NCBI GenBank assembly: GCA_964016885.1
Contig: OZ024741.1
Span: 227,292,001 to 227,356,000 of the forward strand
Direction: 5' to 3'
Origin: Eledone cirrhosa
Taxonomy: Eukaryota
DNA: 64,000 nucleotides
Shown piece after piece: positions 40,590-54,560 of the stretch. The position numbers and the translations under genes are program-made. Within the stretch, counting starts at the first letter, position 1. Each line of letters opens with the position of its first letter. The notes beneath the pieces were generated by a model. The model did no database searches. It had not been told where the DNA came from and was given only the letters and a program-made list of their open reading frames with translations.

Positions 40590-42212
40590 TTTAATTAGTG
40601 ACTCGGTGCAAGCTACGGACCTGGTCGGCATTTACTTCCTGAACAGACTTAGAGATGAAATCCCTGTGAAGAAGGTGTTGATAGGGACGACGCCCTATTT
40701 ACCGTTAGGAACCATAGCCCCCGTAGGATAGAGAATCTTAACAAACGTATACACAAGTTCTTTAAGTCGTACGGCCTTTCTGTAACTATAGACCTCAACC
40801 ACCACATAGTCAACTTCCTAGATATTACCTTAGAATTAAGTACTGGCTCATACAGACCATACAATAAGCCCGGTGAGGTTCTATCCTATTTCAATTACGC
40901 TTCTGACCACCCTAAGTCTACGCTCAACTCCATAGTCTATAGTATCTCCCATAGAATCTCGCGGCTTTCTGCTAATGAGGACCTCTTCAACTCAATAGGG
41001 CCTTAGCGGACTCAGGTTATAACCGTACGATTTCTTACCTCCGTAAGGCTGATTGTGTAAATGCCCCCCCCCCCATCTCGGACTAGTGTTTATAGTAAGC
41101 CATACCTATAACCAACCACACCGCAGCCACACTAGTGTAACTAATAGTAGAATAGGTAATCGCAACAATAGATACGGCCCGCACGCGAATTACAGAGCTA
41201 GTGGGGCAGCCAGTTCACCGCAACGAAAGTATCATGGTCCGGTTGACATTAGCACAGGCTGCCTACTCGGGTTATTCCCCGCTTAAAGGCTTGACAAATG
41301 TAATGGCTTACTACCTACACCCTCTAATCTGCCTACAAGGACATGGAACCACCGCATTCGGACATCTCGCGCACCTAGGCATGACGCACACTCTATGCAC
41401 ACCAGGCAGCAACATATTAGCAATGACAAGAAGGGTCACCCTGCCAGTGCAGCCCATAGCAAAACCACAGCCACACATAACCGCCAACATAATGTCCTCT
41501 GGTTCCATCCTCCTTACTCGGAGTGTGGCCTCCGACTTACCTAGAATCTTCTTCGACGCCTTAGAGAAAAACTTCCCACCCAACCATAAATACAGAAAAA
41601 TCCTCAATAAGAATAACGGTAAAATATCCTTCTCCACTACACCTAATCTAGCTGACCTCATAGCGATAAGTAACTACAGCAAGCTCACTAACACACAGCA
41701 TCCTAGCAGAGACAATCTTAGAGAAAACTGCAGACTGGATAACCTTAGAGATTCCCTAGCCGCATCCGGAAATGTTGGTGGTAACCTTAACCGGCAAGCT
41801 CGCCGCTGGAGTAGTACGGCCGAGGGCTGCGATACGGACCTCAATAGTGCGAGCAACCGCGGTAGAAGGTGCGGTAACATACGGCGCACACGTGGTACTA
41901 CCCTGTGCGTCCCTAACTTTGGTAATACTAACGACAACAATCGAAGCTGTGGTCCCGATAATATTAATAATATTAATAATAGTATCGCGGTGGGTACTAA
42001 CAACAGCCGGTCTCGAGCTGACCATAGTAAGCACTGCAATTGTCGTGACCCCGATTACTGTCCACTACGGGGCCAATGCCTAACTAGAAATGTTATATAC
42101 AAATGTACTTTTACTAGCCACAATAGCGTCAAATGCTCCACTTCTGTCCAGGGGCCACTTCTGGGTCGTTCAAGACTAGATTTCGAGTGCATCTTCACTC
42201 TTTTAGAAATAG
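40590..42212 (+). pseudogene. Decayed Naiad-type PLE RT C-terminus to start of GIY-YIG
   Basis: TDLVGIYFL, RDD, VNFLDITLEL.TGSYRPYNKP, SDHP, WFHPPY, KYRKILNKN..KISFSTTPN, CNCRDPDYCPLRGQCLTRNVIYKC. Confidence 0.85.
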
Positions 42213-42217
42213 GAAGC

Positions 42218-42249
<32 letters not shown>

Positions 42250-42519
42250 ACGTTAACAAAACTGGATTATGAAGGTAGAACATATTGGATTAGTGTAGGT
42301 CTAGAAACTTTGATTGAAATATAGACCAGATGGTTACGTCTAAAACTAGTGAGACAAAACATCAATTACAACAAAAGCCAATACTTCCTTAAACACGCCA
42401 CAATTCCCACTCTTCAATCCACAAGCCGATGTACGTGACCATCGATAAACCATAAAAGCAATCCACGTTTCAAACTTTCAAATAATTTATATACAAGCCA
42501 AGACAGTTTCCACAATTCA

Positions 42520-43048
42520 TGACATACATTTCACAACACAATCCACAACAAACACTACATAACTCTCAACATACATTCCTCAACATACATTCCACATGAA
42601 ACACTCCACAATCCGCAACATACATTCCATAACACACAATCCACAACACTTCACAAGCTACTACATACATTCCACAACACACAATCCACGTTAAGCACAC
42701 CCCAGCCAATGATATATATTCCCCACCGTACATTCTACAACACACATTGTACAACAAACTCTCTACTTCACACATTCTACAACACACAATCCACAACACT
42801 TCACAATCTATAACATACATTCCACAACACACAATCTACAACAAACACACCACAACCAATGATATATATATTCCCTACCGTACACTGCACAGCAATCATT
42901 CTACAACAAACCCTCTACTACACACATTCTATAACACACAATCCACAACAAACACTCCACAACGTACAACATACATTCCTCAACACATTCCGCAACCCAA
43001 CACAGAGATATTGAACAACCTATCATATCCAATATGCAATCCACAATA
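42520..43048. repeat. Degenerate about 16-bp ACACACAATCCACAAC/ACATACATTCCACAAC tandem
   Basis: Direct reading. Confidence 0.8.
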
Positions 43049-43526
43049 TGACGGCGAATTGGTCGTTAGAACGTCGAATAAAATGTTTTGCAGTATTCGT
43101 TCCGACTTTCTGCTCTCTGAGTTCAAATCCCGCCGAAGTCAACTTTGTCTTTCATCCACTTAAGGCCGATAAAAAAAGTACCAGTCTAGTTCTGGAGTCG
43201 ATTTTACCTCTATATGTCTTTCTCACTTCTATTCTCCTCTGGAATAAATCTACTGTATTTAGACCCGAAGAGAAGATGGACTCCGTCAAGTTTAAAAATG
43301 CCCTAGAAACGCCATATGTCAATATGGTGTCCCGACGATTCCCTCGTCAGTTCACAATTTACAATCTATAAACTGAATGCGAAATAGATCACACGCGATC
43401 ATTCATAGCCATCTACAACCACCATCTATAACCATATTCCAGGGGCGACGGAAGCATTCCTCAATTGAGAAGGGGGAGGGGCAAATTTGGTCAATTTGGT
43501 TTTAATGATAAGTTTAGCTGTTATTA

Positions 43527-43705
43527 ACAGTATCGGTAGAGGGTCGGACTCTATGCTTTGACACATAGAATTACGGCCCTTGCCATTTTGAGTTCAAATC
43601 CCGCCGAGGTTAACTTTGCCTTTCATCCTTACGGGGTCGATAAAATATAGTACCAGTCATACACTGGGATAACTGTTGGCCTTGTGCCAAAAGTAGAAAG
43701 AATTA
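43527..43705 (+). mobile_element. SINE copy
   Basis: SINE consensus. Confidence 0.85.
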
Positions 43706-45263
43706 TCAAATATCAACCAGGATATAAAAAAATATGCGATAAACATAACATATGCATAAATTGTAGCGCATTTACAAATAGATGTATGATTTGGTAGTTT
43801 GGGGAGAAAAATATAATTATTAGGGGGAGGGGGAGATGTAGTTATTGCTGCCATTGTTGTTGTTCTTGATGAGGATGAAGTTATTCTTGTTGTTGATGTT
43901 CTTGTCATAGTTGTTGTTGTTCCTACTGATGTTGTTTTATTTAGCACCAATCGCATTCTGATCAAGTATGATTTTTTTATACATAATATTTTATTGTTTA
44001 TGAAGTACAGTGTACATCTGGCATTCGCGGCTCCGTTTATTCGCGGAATTTTCCTGAGAACCTAACAAATAAAACCACCGCATATTCGCGGAATCGTAAA
44101 TATCTTCCGCGATTTTTTATGGCTTTTTTCGTGGCAATATATATTTTTCCACACTTTTTAACGCTAAATTATTAATAACAATTAGCAGAAAAACCACCCT
44201 GAAGAGAAATTGAAGAGAGACTGTGTCCATGATACATTAAAAAAGACGATATTATATATAAACTGCATTACAGTGACTTGAAATGAAAACGAAAAAGGAA
44301 AAATTTAGTGACGCAAATATAAACGTTATGACATAACGATGCAAATATATACGATATAATATAGCTTCCGTTATATCATAAACGGAAGTATTGACCTTTG
44401 GAAATTTTAAAATAATCAATCATTATATATAAGAATATTTATATTTAATCAACAGCTACGAAATTTAGTACATAAATTATGTAATATTCATTCATTATTT
44501 ATTCAATAACTTTGCCTTTCATCCTTACGGGGTCGATAAAATAAAGTATCAGTAATGCACTGGGTAATTGCTGGCCTTGTGCCTAAAATAGAAACAATTA
44601 TTTATTCAAAGTAATCCAACTTATTTTACTAACGGGATAAAAAGTATATTCAGGACACAGTCCCGCACTCCTCCCTTTATTATATTATGATATACCTATT
44701 TGCCGACCTATATTATACGTTATGTTTTGACCTTTATAAGCATTTTTATGGATCACGTCCAATATTCGCAGCTTTTCACTCTTTGTTGGGGTTACGTTCC
44801 TAGAACACTGGAGTTGAACTGTGTATCCTTTTTGATTCAAATGATATTTGATTGCTATTTCTAGTAGATCGAGTGACCACGGGGGATGCTTCCACGCTGC
44901 TGTTTCAACTTTGGCTGACCAGTGACCACCATGAACGATTACCATCAGTTGTTGCCATTGACTACAACTGTATACAGTTATATGACTCAGCTTTGACGTG
45001 CTTATCTAATGATAACAATGAGAAACAATTCACATAGATTTACCAATTTATGCCATGTTTATGGCCACGAAGCACTCTCAGACCCCCCCCCCCCCCCCCG
45101 AACACACACCACCACCACTACCACCACCACAACTCGCCCCACAGCACACACTCTTCCTCTCAACTCCCCACTCTCTCTCTGCTTCACCCCTGCTCTCTCT
45201 ATCTCTCTTTCTTCTGGAATCTATTGTCTATATCTTTTCTAAATGTTCTTTTAGTCATAGAGG

Positions 45264-45392
<129 letters not shown>

Positions 45393-45471
45393 GTGGATAT
45401 CCATACATACCTATACAGACTCAAGCAGACAAATATATATATGTGTGTGCGTGTGTATATATATATATGCA

Positions 45472-45538
<67 letters not shown>

Positions 45539-46559
45539 ACACACACACACACACACATATATCTATATCCAAAATTAAGATAAACCAAAATGAATTTAAT
45601 CTAAATCAAAATTATGGGTGTCATGCCACAACGCATGCGCCATATCACCCGTAAAATAAGCTCCAAGATTCTAATGAATAGGTCCGAGCATTTTATAACA
45701 ACTAGAAGTTGATTAACATATAAATAAACATATGAAACAATCACAGGGGATAATTTTTACAAGTGTGTAAGCACACATAGCTAGGTAGGTAACTAAATAA
45801 AGTTAACTAGAACTTCAAAAATAAATACCTTATAATATGATTAATCTTCCCTGTATATATTCCATAAAAAATATATATTTCACCAATTAATCGAATGGTA
45901 AACCACGGAGGCCGATACTTGGATTTTCAACAAAGGAAGAGGAAGAAGTCCAGCTGTCTGTGTTTACGCATTACGTTCAAATCAGCGACTGGCCAGTCAC
46001 CCGTGCTGTATCTACTAAAAATACACACATCGTCATACCAGCTTCGTCCCAGTGGCGTGAATAGGGTTATCGACAACTAGAAACAGCAGTCAAGTCCTTT
46101 CAACAGAGTTAGCTCTACAATTAAGGAGCCGTATTTATATATCTATATCCAAAATTAAGATAAATCAAAATGAATTTAATCTAAATCAAAATTATGGGTG
46201 TCATGCCACAAGGCATGCGCCATATCACCCGTAAAATAAGCTCCAAGATTCTAATGAATAGGTCCGAGCATTTTATAACAACTAGAAATTGATTAACATA
46301 TAAATAATCCCCTGTGATTGTTTCATATGTTTATTTATATGTTAATCAATTTCTAGTTGTTTTATATATATATAGGGACATAGAGAAAGAGATAGAGAGA
46401 GGTTGAGTAAGAGAGAGAAAGAAAGTGAGACAAGGCATATGCATGGATATAAAATTGTCTGGCACATCGTTTCACTTTCAGTTTTTAATCTACTTCCGTT
46501 TATTTCTCTCCATCTTATCCCCCTTTCGCTATTTATGGGTCTATCCTTCTATTTATCCA

Positions 46560-47990
46560 AAAATATATTACCTTCGAGGAAAAAGGGGGATTTAAAATCA
46601 CCCCTCCGCCACAAATCAAAGCCGACACAATGGAAAGGACTGTGATTTTTCGCACGATTTTGAACAAACAAAAAAAACGGCTCTCCTTACTCAAGGCGAA
46701 ATTGAAATCGTCTTGAAAGAGGCAATGTCAGACATACAATTCATACAAAGGGCTAAACTATATGGAAGCATTCCGGTGCTCTTCAAAAGTGAGGCCCTTG
46801 CAAAAAAATACCCAGTGACCCCGGTCACCTCTGCCACACACACCCTTTTCTCTACATACATGGGAAAAAGAACACAAAAAATAAACATTACCAATATACC
46901 ACCCAACATTAACATCTGGTGGATTTCGGCAGGGTTCTTGGAGGAGGATGAAGACACAATACTGTCGATTCAAAAATCCACAAGAAACACCTGGAACGGC
47001 ACAAGCTTGGAAATTTTGGTCCCATTGAAACCGGACAGAATTTCCAAGATACCAGAAAGGGTGCCAGTATACAATACCAGTTACATCCACATTTCGGCAA
47101 AAATCAGGAGGCCACATTGTTTTAAATGCGCAAGCACATCGCATTTAAAGGCCTCCTGTCCCCTATTACGAAAAAACACCACCATCCCCCAAAAAGTACT
47201 TTTACCAACACCAACTCCAAAACCACAGCAACAACAACAACACACAAAACAAGCAAACACACAAAAACAGACAACTGCTCAATCACAAACAACAGAGAAA
47301 ACACAAACAATTCCCCTGAAAAACACAGTCCCACCCCATCACTCCATCCAACACTACCACATGGTGATGGTGTGTTTATATGTGTGATACATATAAACAC
47401 ACCATCACCACACAACATACCCCTCCAACACGCCCCTGATGACGATTCATCGCCAGACGAGGCTACTTCTCCATCCCCAAGTGAAGATGAAGGAGAGCGT
47501 CGGAAATAAAAAAAACAAATATAGAGACACCGCAAAGCCATAAAAAACACCAATCACCAACACGAACACACAACCACCAACACAAACAACAACACAAACA
47601 CCACCACTATCAACAAAACCAGCAAAAAAAAACACCAACACCACCCCAAACACAAATGCCCACCATAAAAATAAAACTACAAAATGAACAACAAACCAAA
47701 ACAACATAACAAAAAACAAACAAACAACAATACACATACATTAACACAAACAACAAAAACCTAATGGAGGTCATCTCATAAGACCCCAAAGTAGAAACTG
47801 AGGGAAAAACTTTTGTCAAGGCAGACTCTCAACCACACCTAAAACTGATAAGGGTTTCGATAGAAACCTATCAGAAATTAAAAGAACAATTTTCGCAGGA
47901 CGTTGGCAACCCCTGTCAAAAGCCCATTAACCGCGTCCTATTAAAATGTCCCCCCCCCCTCACCGCACCCAAATGGAGATTGAACAATCC
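46560..47990 (+). pseudogene. LINE (Tx1/L1-like) ORF1 remnant with CCHC zinc knuckle
   Basis: CFKCASTSHLKASC (CX2CX4HX4C) in ORF 46713-47387, followed by a low-complexity T/Q/P tail; lies upstream of an APE domain. Confidence 0.7.
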
Positions 47991-48056
47991 GATCTCCAAG
48001 AAACGAAAAGGTAAGTGTATCTGTTTGTCCCTTTTCGCCAACTCTTCTCTACCAAC

Positions 48057-48720
48057 ATGGCTAATTTATGAGTTGGAAGCGTGAATGTGCGTGGCCTAGG
48101 GATGCCCTGGAAACAGGGCCAACTTTTAAACGACCTTAGGTCACACGGTATGGATGTGATATCCATAACCGAGTCCAGGATCCACAACAGGCAACAACTA
48201 ACCCCCATCTTCAATGACTTTGAGATCTACGCATCTCTCTGTCAGCCAGGAGGTGGAGGGGGAGTGGCTTTCATGTTTCGGAAGAACCTGGACGTCGAAG
48301 TACAGCAAGTACACTTGGACCCGGAGGGTAGACTGGTAGTCCTAGACGTGAACAGTGTTGGGCAATCGCGGCCAGATTTCTTTAAGCGAAGAGTCTTTTC
48401 TTGGAACGTCTCGCTCCTTACTTTTAGTGGGGGACTGGAATGGTATCCTAGACGCACGATGGGACTATGTAGGATCATGTACCAGTAGAGGGGGGGGGGG
48501 GGGTAGTAGAGGGGGGTGCCACAGCCTCAAACATTTAATCGGCCAATTCCAACTGGCCGATAGGTATCGACTAGATTTCACGACTGCACCACAGTGGACG
48601 TGGACAAACCGTAGCGGGACATCTAGATCGTATTTAGACAGGTTCTTTATTAGAGAGAGACAAGAAGATGTTAAACTGTCCACAAATGCACATGGTTGCC
48701 TATTCAGACCACAAACTTTC
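48057..48720 (+). pseudogene. Tx1/L1 ORF2 AP-endonuclease domain, frameshifted
   Basis: SVNVRGL, DVISITES, GGGVA, GRLVVLDV, VGDWN, WTW.N....SYLDRF, SDHK. Confidence 0.88.
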
Positions 48721-48722
48721 TA

Positions 48723-51700
48723 TCTTCCTTCGGATGCAACCTTTTTTGAAATATTTACTTCTGCGTTTACAGATTGACTTTTTTATTTTCAGAAGATCCC
48801 GTTAAGGGTGAAAGCAGCGATTCTTTGCTTAAACTTTAATCTGTTATTTTAATAAATATTTGCTCTACGGTTCTTATATATCTGATATATATTTATCCTT
48901 ATCGAGTCCTCTTTCGATTTAGTCTTCAAATTTATTATTATTACTATTTGGCTCCCTCGGTTGAGCACTCTATTGACTTATATTAATCGTGCAGAAACAA
49001 CATCTGAATATTTCTACAAAGAACATACCCGTACCAAGCAGGAAAACATACCTAAAACTTCTGATACAGAAAACAGACGCGTTCATTAAAAGGTTGCGTT
49101 GGCGTGCCTTTTATTTCGACAATCAGGGAAAACCAGACAACAAACAGGATAAATTTGGGTTTAAAACCTATAATAACCCTCCGAGTAACCCAGCATTGCT
49201 ACCCTTAGAAAATGATGTCTTGGAACTCATACGGAGTATCAAATTTTGGAATAGGAGCAATTCCTTCCGGCAGGACCTGAAGAATAGAATTCGTTCTATT
49301 AAGGATTCTAATGCCGTGCACGTCCACTCCGCCAAAACTGGCAATCTATATCAAGTGGGGCGCAGTACTTACCATCAACTGCTACATAGTGCTGTAACTA
49401 AGGATTACCGTAAAACTAATCGGAGCGTCATTCATGAAATCAACGATGCTGGATTTAAAATCACCTCTGATCTCAACATCCTGGACCGAACTGAACCTCT
49501 GGACTCTATTTCTTCCAACTTTACCCTGAAGGATCACAAATCCAATTTCCAGAACAACCCCTCTCTTCGGCTTATTAACCCTATGAAGTCCGATTTAGGT
49601 AGACTTAATAAAAGGATTTTAGATAGAATTATACCTGAAATTAGAAGTTTGGCCCCTCTTGCACTGTGGAACAATTCTTTCGCGGTGATTGATTAATTCA
49701 ACGATATATGCAACAAGGAACATTGCCGTTTTATCCAATTCGACATCAATAATTACTACTCCTCCTTACTATACTTTACCACTTCTTCTTAGAGCTATCA
49801 ATTTCGCTAAAACACTCACAGTGGTTAAGGATTTCGAAGTTGATGTCATCCTCAATGCCCGTAAGTCGGTGATTAATTTCGCCGACTCTATTTGGATTAA
49901 AACATCTAATAGTACCCCATTCGACGTGAGTATGGGGGCCAGCGATTCTGCGGAGGTTACTGATCTTATCGGCCTTTTCCTTCTTTTCTCTATCAAGGAA
50001 GAATTCCCTAACGTGGGCGGTGGTTTGTACCGTAATGACGATCTTTTGACCATGACTAAGTGCGGCTCACGTGCCTGCGACAGCTTCAGAAAAGAGCTCA
50101 CAGCCTTCTTTAAAGGCTTCAACCTCTCCATACAGGTTGAGGCCAACCTCTCGGTCGTTAATTACCTCGACGTTACCCTCAATTTGTCGAATGGCTTGCA
50201 CTACCCGTATAGAAAGCCGAATGATACGCTTAATTATATAAGTAAGCATTCTAACCATCCTTCCAGCATAACCAAGAACTTGGTAAGAAACGTTTCTTTG
50301 AGGTTTTCCAGTCTATCTACAAACGAGCATATTTTCAATATATTACAATGAAGCTCTTGCTCGGAGTGGATTTGTCGATAAGGTAGCATATACAGAGTAC
50401 GAGAATAGACCAAGGAAAAATAGATCCCGACCCATTATATGGTATAACCCACCATATAATATGGAGGTGGCCACACTATTAGCTAAGATCTTTCTCTCCC
50501 TTATTATGAAGCATTTCTTCCCAGCACATAAATATAGTAAAATTTTTAATAGAAATACCATTAAATTTCTTACTCTACGACACCTAACTTTGCACATGAC
50601 ATCAGAGCTTCAAATTTAGCTAAATTACCTAGCCGTAGGAACACGTGTAAGCCTGTAGCTAGTACTAACTATAATTGTAGGAATCGGGTTGACTGCCCTC
50701 TATCCGGGAAATGCCTCTCTAGTAACATTGTCTACAAATGTAAGGTTGAAACAACCACGTTCCGTAGGGCCTACATAGGGTTAACCGCCAATAGATTCAA
50801 GCAGCGTCTTTACATGCATACCCATTCTTTTCTTAACCCTTTAAGAAGGAATATGACGTCACTTTCAGCTTATATCTGGAGTCTAAAAGACAACCACACC
50901 CAATATAAGTTACACTTGGAGATCCTAGCTAGGGCTAGATCGTATAAGGGAAATAAAAGACCACGTGACCTCTGCGACGCTGAGGCCCTGGAAATACTCT
51001 ACGCCAAAGACCACATCTTAAACAAAAAATCTGAGGCAATTTCGGCTTGTAAACATAAATTGCACAAAACTTTCCTGTATTACAGCCCCACATTAAACCC
51101 TAACGGATAGTACGAACTATACGCGGATATTTTACGTCTCGATGTGGTAGCTAAGTATATTTTATGTTAATACCATTACTTATTTGTATAGGTAAGTATA
51201 TATTACCTGTATGTTTTGTGAAGGTACGTATACTTTCTCGTACGTATATTTGCTTGTTTATGTTATGGCGTATATTATATATACTGGTACATGTGCATAT
51301 GGTTATGTGTATAATTGAGTTTGCGTCTGTGTGAGTATGCGGGTTCGTACGTATGTAGGGTGTGTGTATATGTGTACTTTGTGTTTTGGTTGACGTACGT
51401 CTGCGAACATATGTGTGTTTACATGTAGGTGTGTGTGTGTGCGCGCGTTATACAGTATTTATGTGTGATTATTTATATACGTTTACTTACTTATGCGTAT
51501 ACACGCACACACACACACATATATGTATATATAATTTTAAATTTTTTGTGTATTTGGTGTATAAGTTCGTATGTTAGCGGGTACTGGTGTTGCGTGGGTT
51601 CTGTACGTGCGTGCGTGTTTTTTGTGTACGTGCTTGTATTTGCATACCCATGGCGAGTGTTTTCGCGTATGATTGTGTATGTACGTATTTGGATACGTGT

Positions 51701-52174
51701 ATGTATATATTTAATTTCAATTACCTCTGTATTTTATTTACTTTATTCTTAACTCTGAAGCCGAGAATCATTCGGTTTCCTAAATAGAATTTTAGTCTAC
51801 GACTTCAGTTATACCATTTACGGGGTTTGTCTTTGCGTATAATTGTTCTCATTGGTCCATATAATGACGTATTATCTTCGTTTTTTCCGTTCATTGCCTG
51901 AGAACCACCTAATAGAATATTAGCCTACGACTTTATTTATACAATAAACGTGATTTTTTCTTTGCGCACCTAATAATGACGTATTATCTTCGTTTTTTTC
52001 CGTTCTTTGTCAGGGAACGCTTCCACGACCCAAAGTATCGTCTTCCTTCGGTTGCAATTTTTTTAAATATTTACTTCTGCGTTCACAGATTGACTTTTTT
52101 AGTTTCAGAAGATCCCGTTAAGGGTGAAAGCAGCGTTTCTTTGCTTAAACTTTAATCTGTTATCTTAATAAATA
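48723..52174 (+). mobile_element. Full-length decayed Naiad-type PLE (RT + GIY-YIG) with pLTR direct repeats
   Basis: 48723-48858 = 52041-52174; KNIPVP, IKRLRWRA, FGFKT, TLKDHKSNF, RLINP, FIQFDI, FDVSMGA.DSAEV.DLIGLF, GLYRND, NYLDVT, CPLSGKC, IVYKC...YIG, LNKKSE; one stop and several frameshifts. Confidence 0.92.
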
Positions 52175-52200
52175 TATATATACATATATCGATAGATATG

Positions 52201-52295
<95 letters not shown>

Positions 52296-52299
<4 letters not shown>

Positions 52300-52948
52300 A
52301 AAGAATAGAGGTGTAACACACAAGTTATTATATATTGGTAAACGGAATAGAGAATGCCGACAAATTGTTCACAGTTGAAAAATGGTTTAATTAGGAATGA
52401 AAGAGTATTGTAATTGTATGGGTTAGTATTCAGTTGTGGTTTTAAGCTTTTAAGTTTTTACCTGTTGCGCATTTCTAAATGCTTTTCAAAAATAATTTTG
52501 AGATAGAGTGTCCGTGTTGTTTGCTCTGATCTGATTAGTTTTGGGAATTCTACCTGTTTTTATGTTAAAAAAGTGGCTCCAGCGCTACTTTGGTGTTGCA
52601 AAAATTCTTGTGGTCAAAACAATTTTGATTGGTCGGTAGAGGTCATGTGAATGTAAAAAATTGATTTTGCGCCAAGACTGTTTTTATGTTAAAAGAGTGG
52701 CTCCAGCGCTACTTGGTGTTGTAAAAATTCTTGTGGTTAAAACAATTTTAATTGGTCGGTAGAGGTCATGTGAATGTAAACAATTGATTTTGCGCCAAGA
52801 CTGTTTTTATGTTAAAAAAGTGGCTCCAGCGGTACTTGGTGTTGCAAAAATTCTTGTGGTCAAAACAATTTTGATTGGTCGGTAGAGGTCATGTGAATGT
52901 AAAAAATTGATTTTGCGCCAAGACTGAGAAATGACTCTTTCACAACAA

Positions 52949-52982
<34 letters not shown>

Positions 52983-53315
52983 TAGTAGTAAAGTGTTCGA
53001 TGTTGTGATAATGGTCTTGGCGCAAAATCAATTTTTTACATTCACATGACCTCTACCGACCAATCAAAATTGTTTTGACCACAATAATTTTTGCAACACC
53101 AAGTAGCGCTGGAGCCACTTTTTTAACATAAAAACAGGTAGAATTCCCAAAACTTTTGAAAAGCATTTAGAAATGCGCAACCGGTAAAAACTTAAAAACT
53201 TAAAACCACAACTGAATACTAACCCATACAATTACTAATACTCTTTTATTCCTAATTAAACTATTTTTCAACTGTGAACAATTTGTCAGCATTTTCTATT
53301 CCGTTTACCAATATA
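52296..53315. repeat. Repeat module with three tandem about 123-bp units (52554-52924) and an inverted copy (53015-53315)
   Basis: CTGTTTTTATGTTAAAA...TTTTGCGCCAAGA x3; degenerate hammerhead TTGAAAA GCATTT AG AAATGC GCAAC CGGTA at about 53156. Confidence 0.85.
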
Positions 53316-53502
53316 TATATATATATATATAATATTATATTATAATACAAGGACTATTTGTTAAGCCTTCATTACGTTTATTGATTGGTGACGCACGTTT
53401 CGCTATTGATCAGCTCAAGGTTCGATCTGTATCGATCTGGCCCGACTCTGGAATCAAAAGCTCGTCGGATCTCTACTGTTGTAACTTCACGTTACACTCC
53501 AA

Positions 53503-53547
<45 letters not shown>

Positions 53548-53550
<3 letters not shown>

Positions 53551-54510
53551 ATACTTTGGGAGGGTCATGTTGCCAATAAGAAACGCACGCACCAGTTGCT
53601 TTCACTCCAATTTATTATAAATTAAATTTATAAATTTAAGAATTTATAAAATAAATTTCCGTTTGGTTGGTTGGTTCCACAACCGGACGGTTGTTCATAT
53701 ATTGTCAAAGTTCTTTCGTCACACATTCTATTACCTCATCAGTGACTGGTGATTCTTCTCTTTGTTTTGTGCCTCTAATTTGTTCTATCCTACGCCATCT
53801 TGTTTTTGTGTGTGTTGTGTGTTTCTTTTGCGCATGTGTTACATCCGGGAGTCTGTGTGTGTTTTTGTTTATTTATTTGTTTATTTACATGTTACTGGTT
53901 GGTTGTTTGTTCTATGTGCGTGTGTGTGTTTTCATTTTGTCCTTAATTGTAAGTTGTGATGTTGCTATTCCATTCATGTTTTCTATTTAATTTTGTTTGG
54001 AGTTCATTTATGTTTACTGCTTCTGTGATTTGTCTAAACAAGGCGTCTTTTCTGTGTGTAGATTTTATTTTTATTTCTATGTTCTCTAATTTGCCCTTAT
54101 GTTCTATTTTAGAATGTTGGTGGAGTACTGATGAATCTTTTCTATCTTGAAGCTCTCGCCAGTGTTCATTTAACCGTTCTCTTATACTACGAGCTGTCTC
54201 ACCTATGTACACTATATTGTTATCTTTACATTGTCCTTCAGTACATCTTATGCTATAAACTATGTTTCTAGTTTTACAGTTAATATGGGGGCTTAGTTTA
54301 CAGATTATGTATTTCTTATCTATACAGGGAGGTCTTTGAAAAGGGTATGTATTACTAATAAGTGTTTTTATGGAGGTACCTGATCTTTCTACTATCTTAA
54401 TATTTAGTTTAAGTTTATCTAGGGTCCTTCTAAATTTGTAAGCTAATTTCACCTCTAGGGGTTGTATTGATGAACATTACACTTTGGTATTTATTGCTAT
54501 CATACCATGA
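53548..54510 (-). mobile_element. PLE 3' fragment with GIY-YIG endonuclease ORF (53943-54452) and hammerhead-bearing 3'UTR
   Basis: NIVYSIRC....C....VYIGETARSIRERLNEH, RQITEAV.I, LNRKHEW. Confidence 0.9.
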
Positions 54511-54560
54511 GTTTATTCTATTAACCTTATTCTATTAACCTTATTCTATTAACCTTATTC

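Noticed and set aside
48785-48825. Hammerhead in the Naiad pLTR (CAGAAGA TCCC GTTAA GGGT GAAA; also about 52106)
   Set aside because: Core has U4A and stems I/III are not evident; possibly a relic, not called
48989-52040. Selenocysteine recoding, reported for some Naiad PLEs
   Set aside because: The in-frame stop at 49694 is TAA at a probable Trp position; no in-frame TGA at the Cys sites I read, and no convincing SECIS seen
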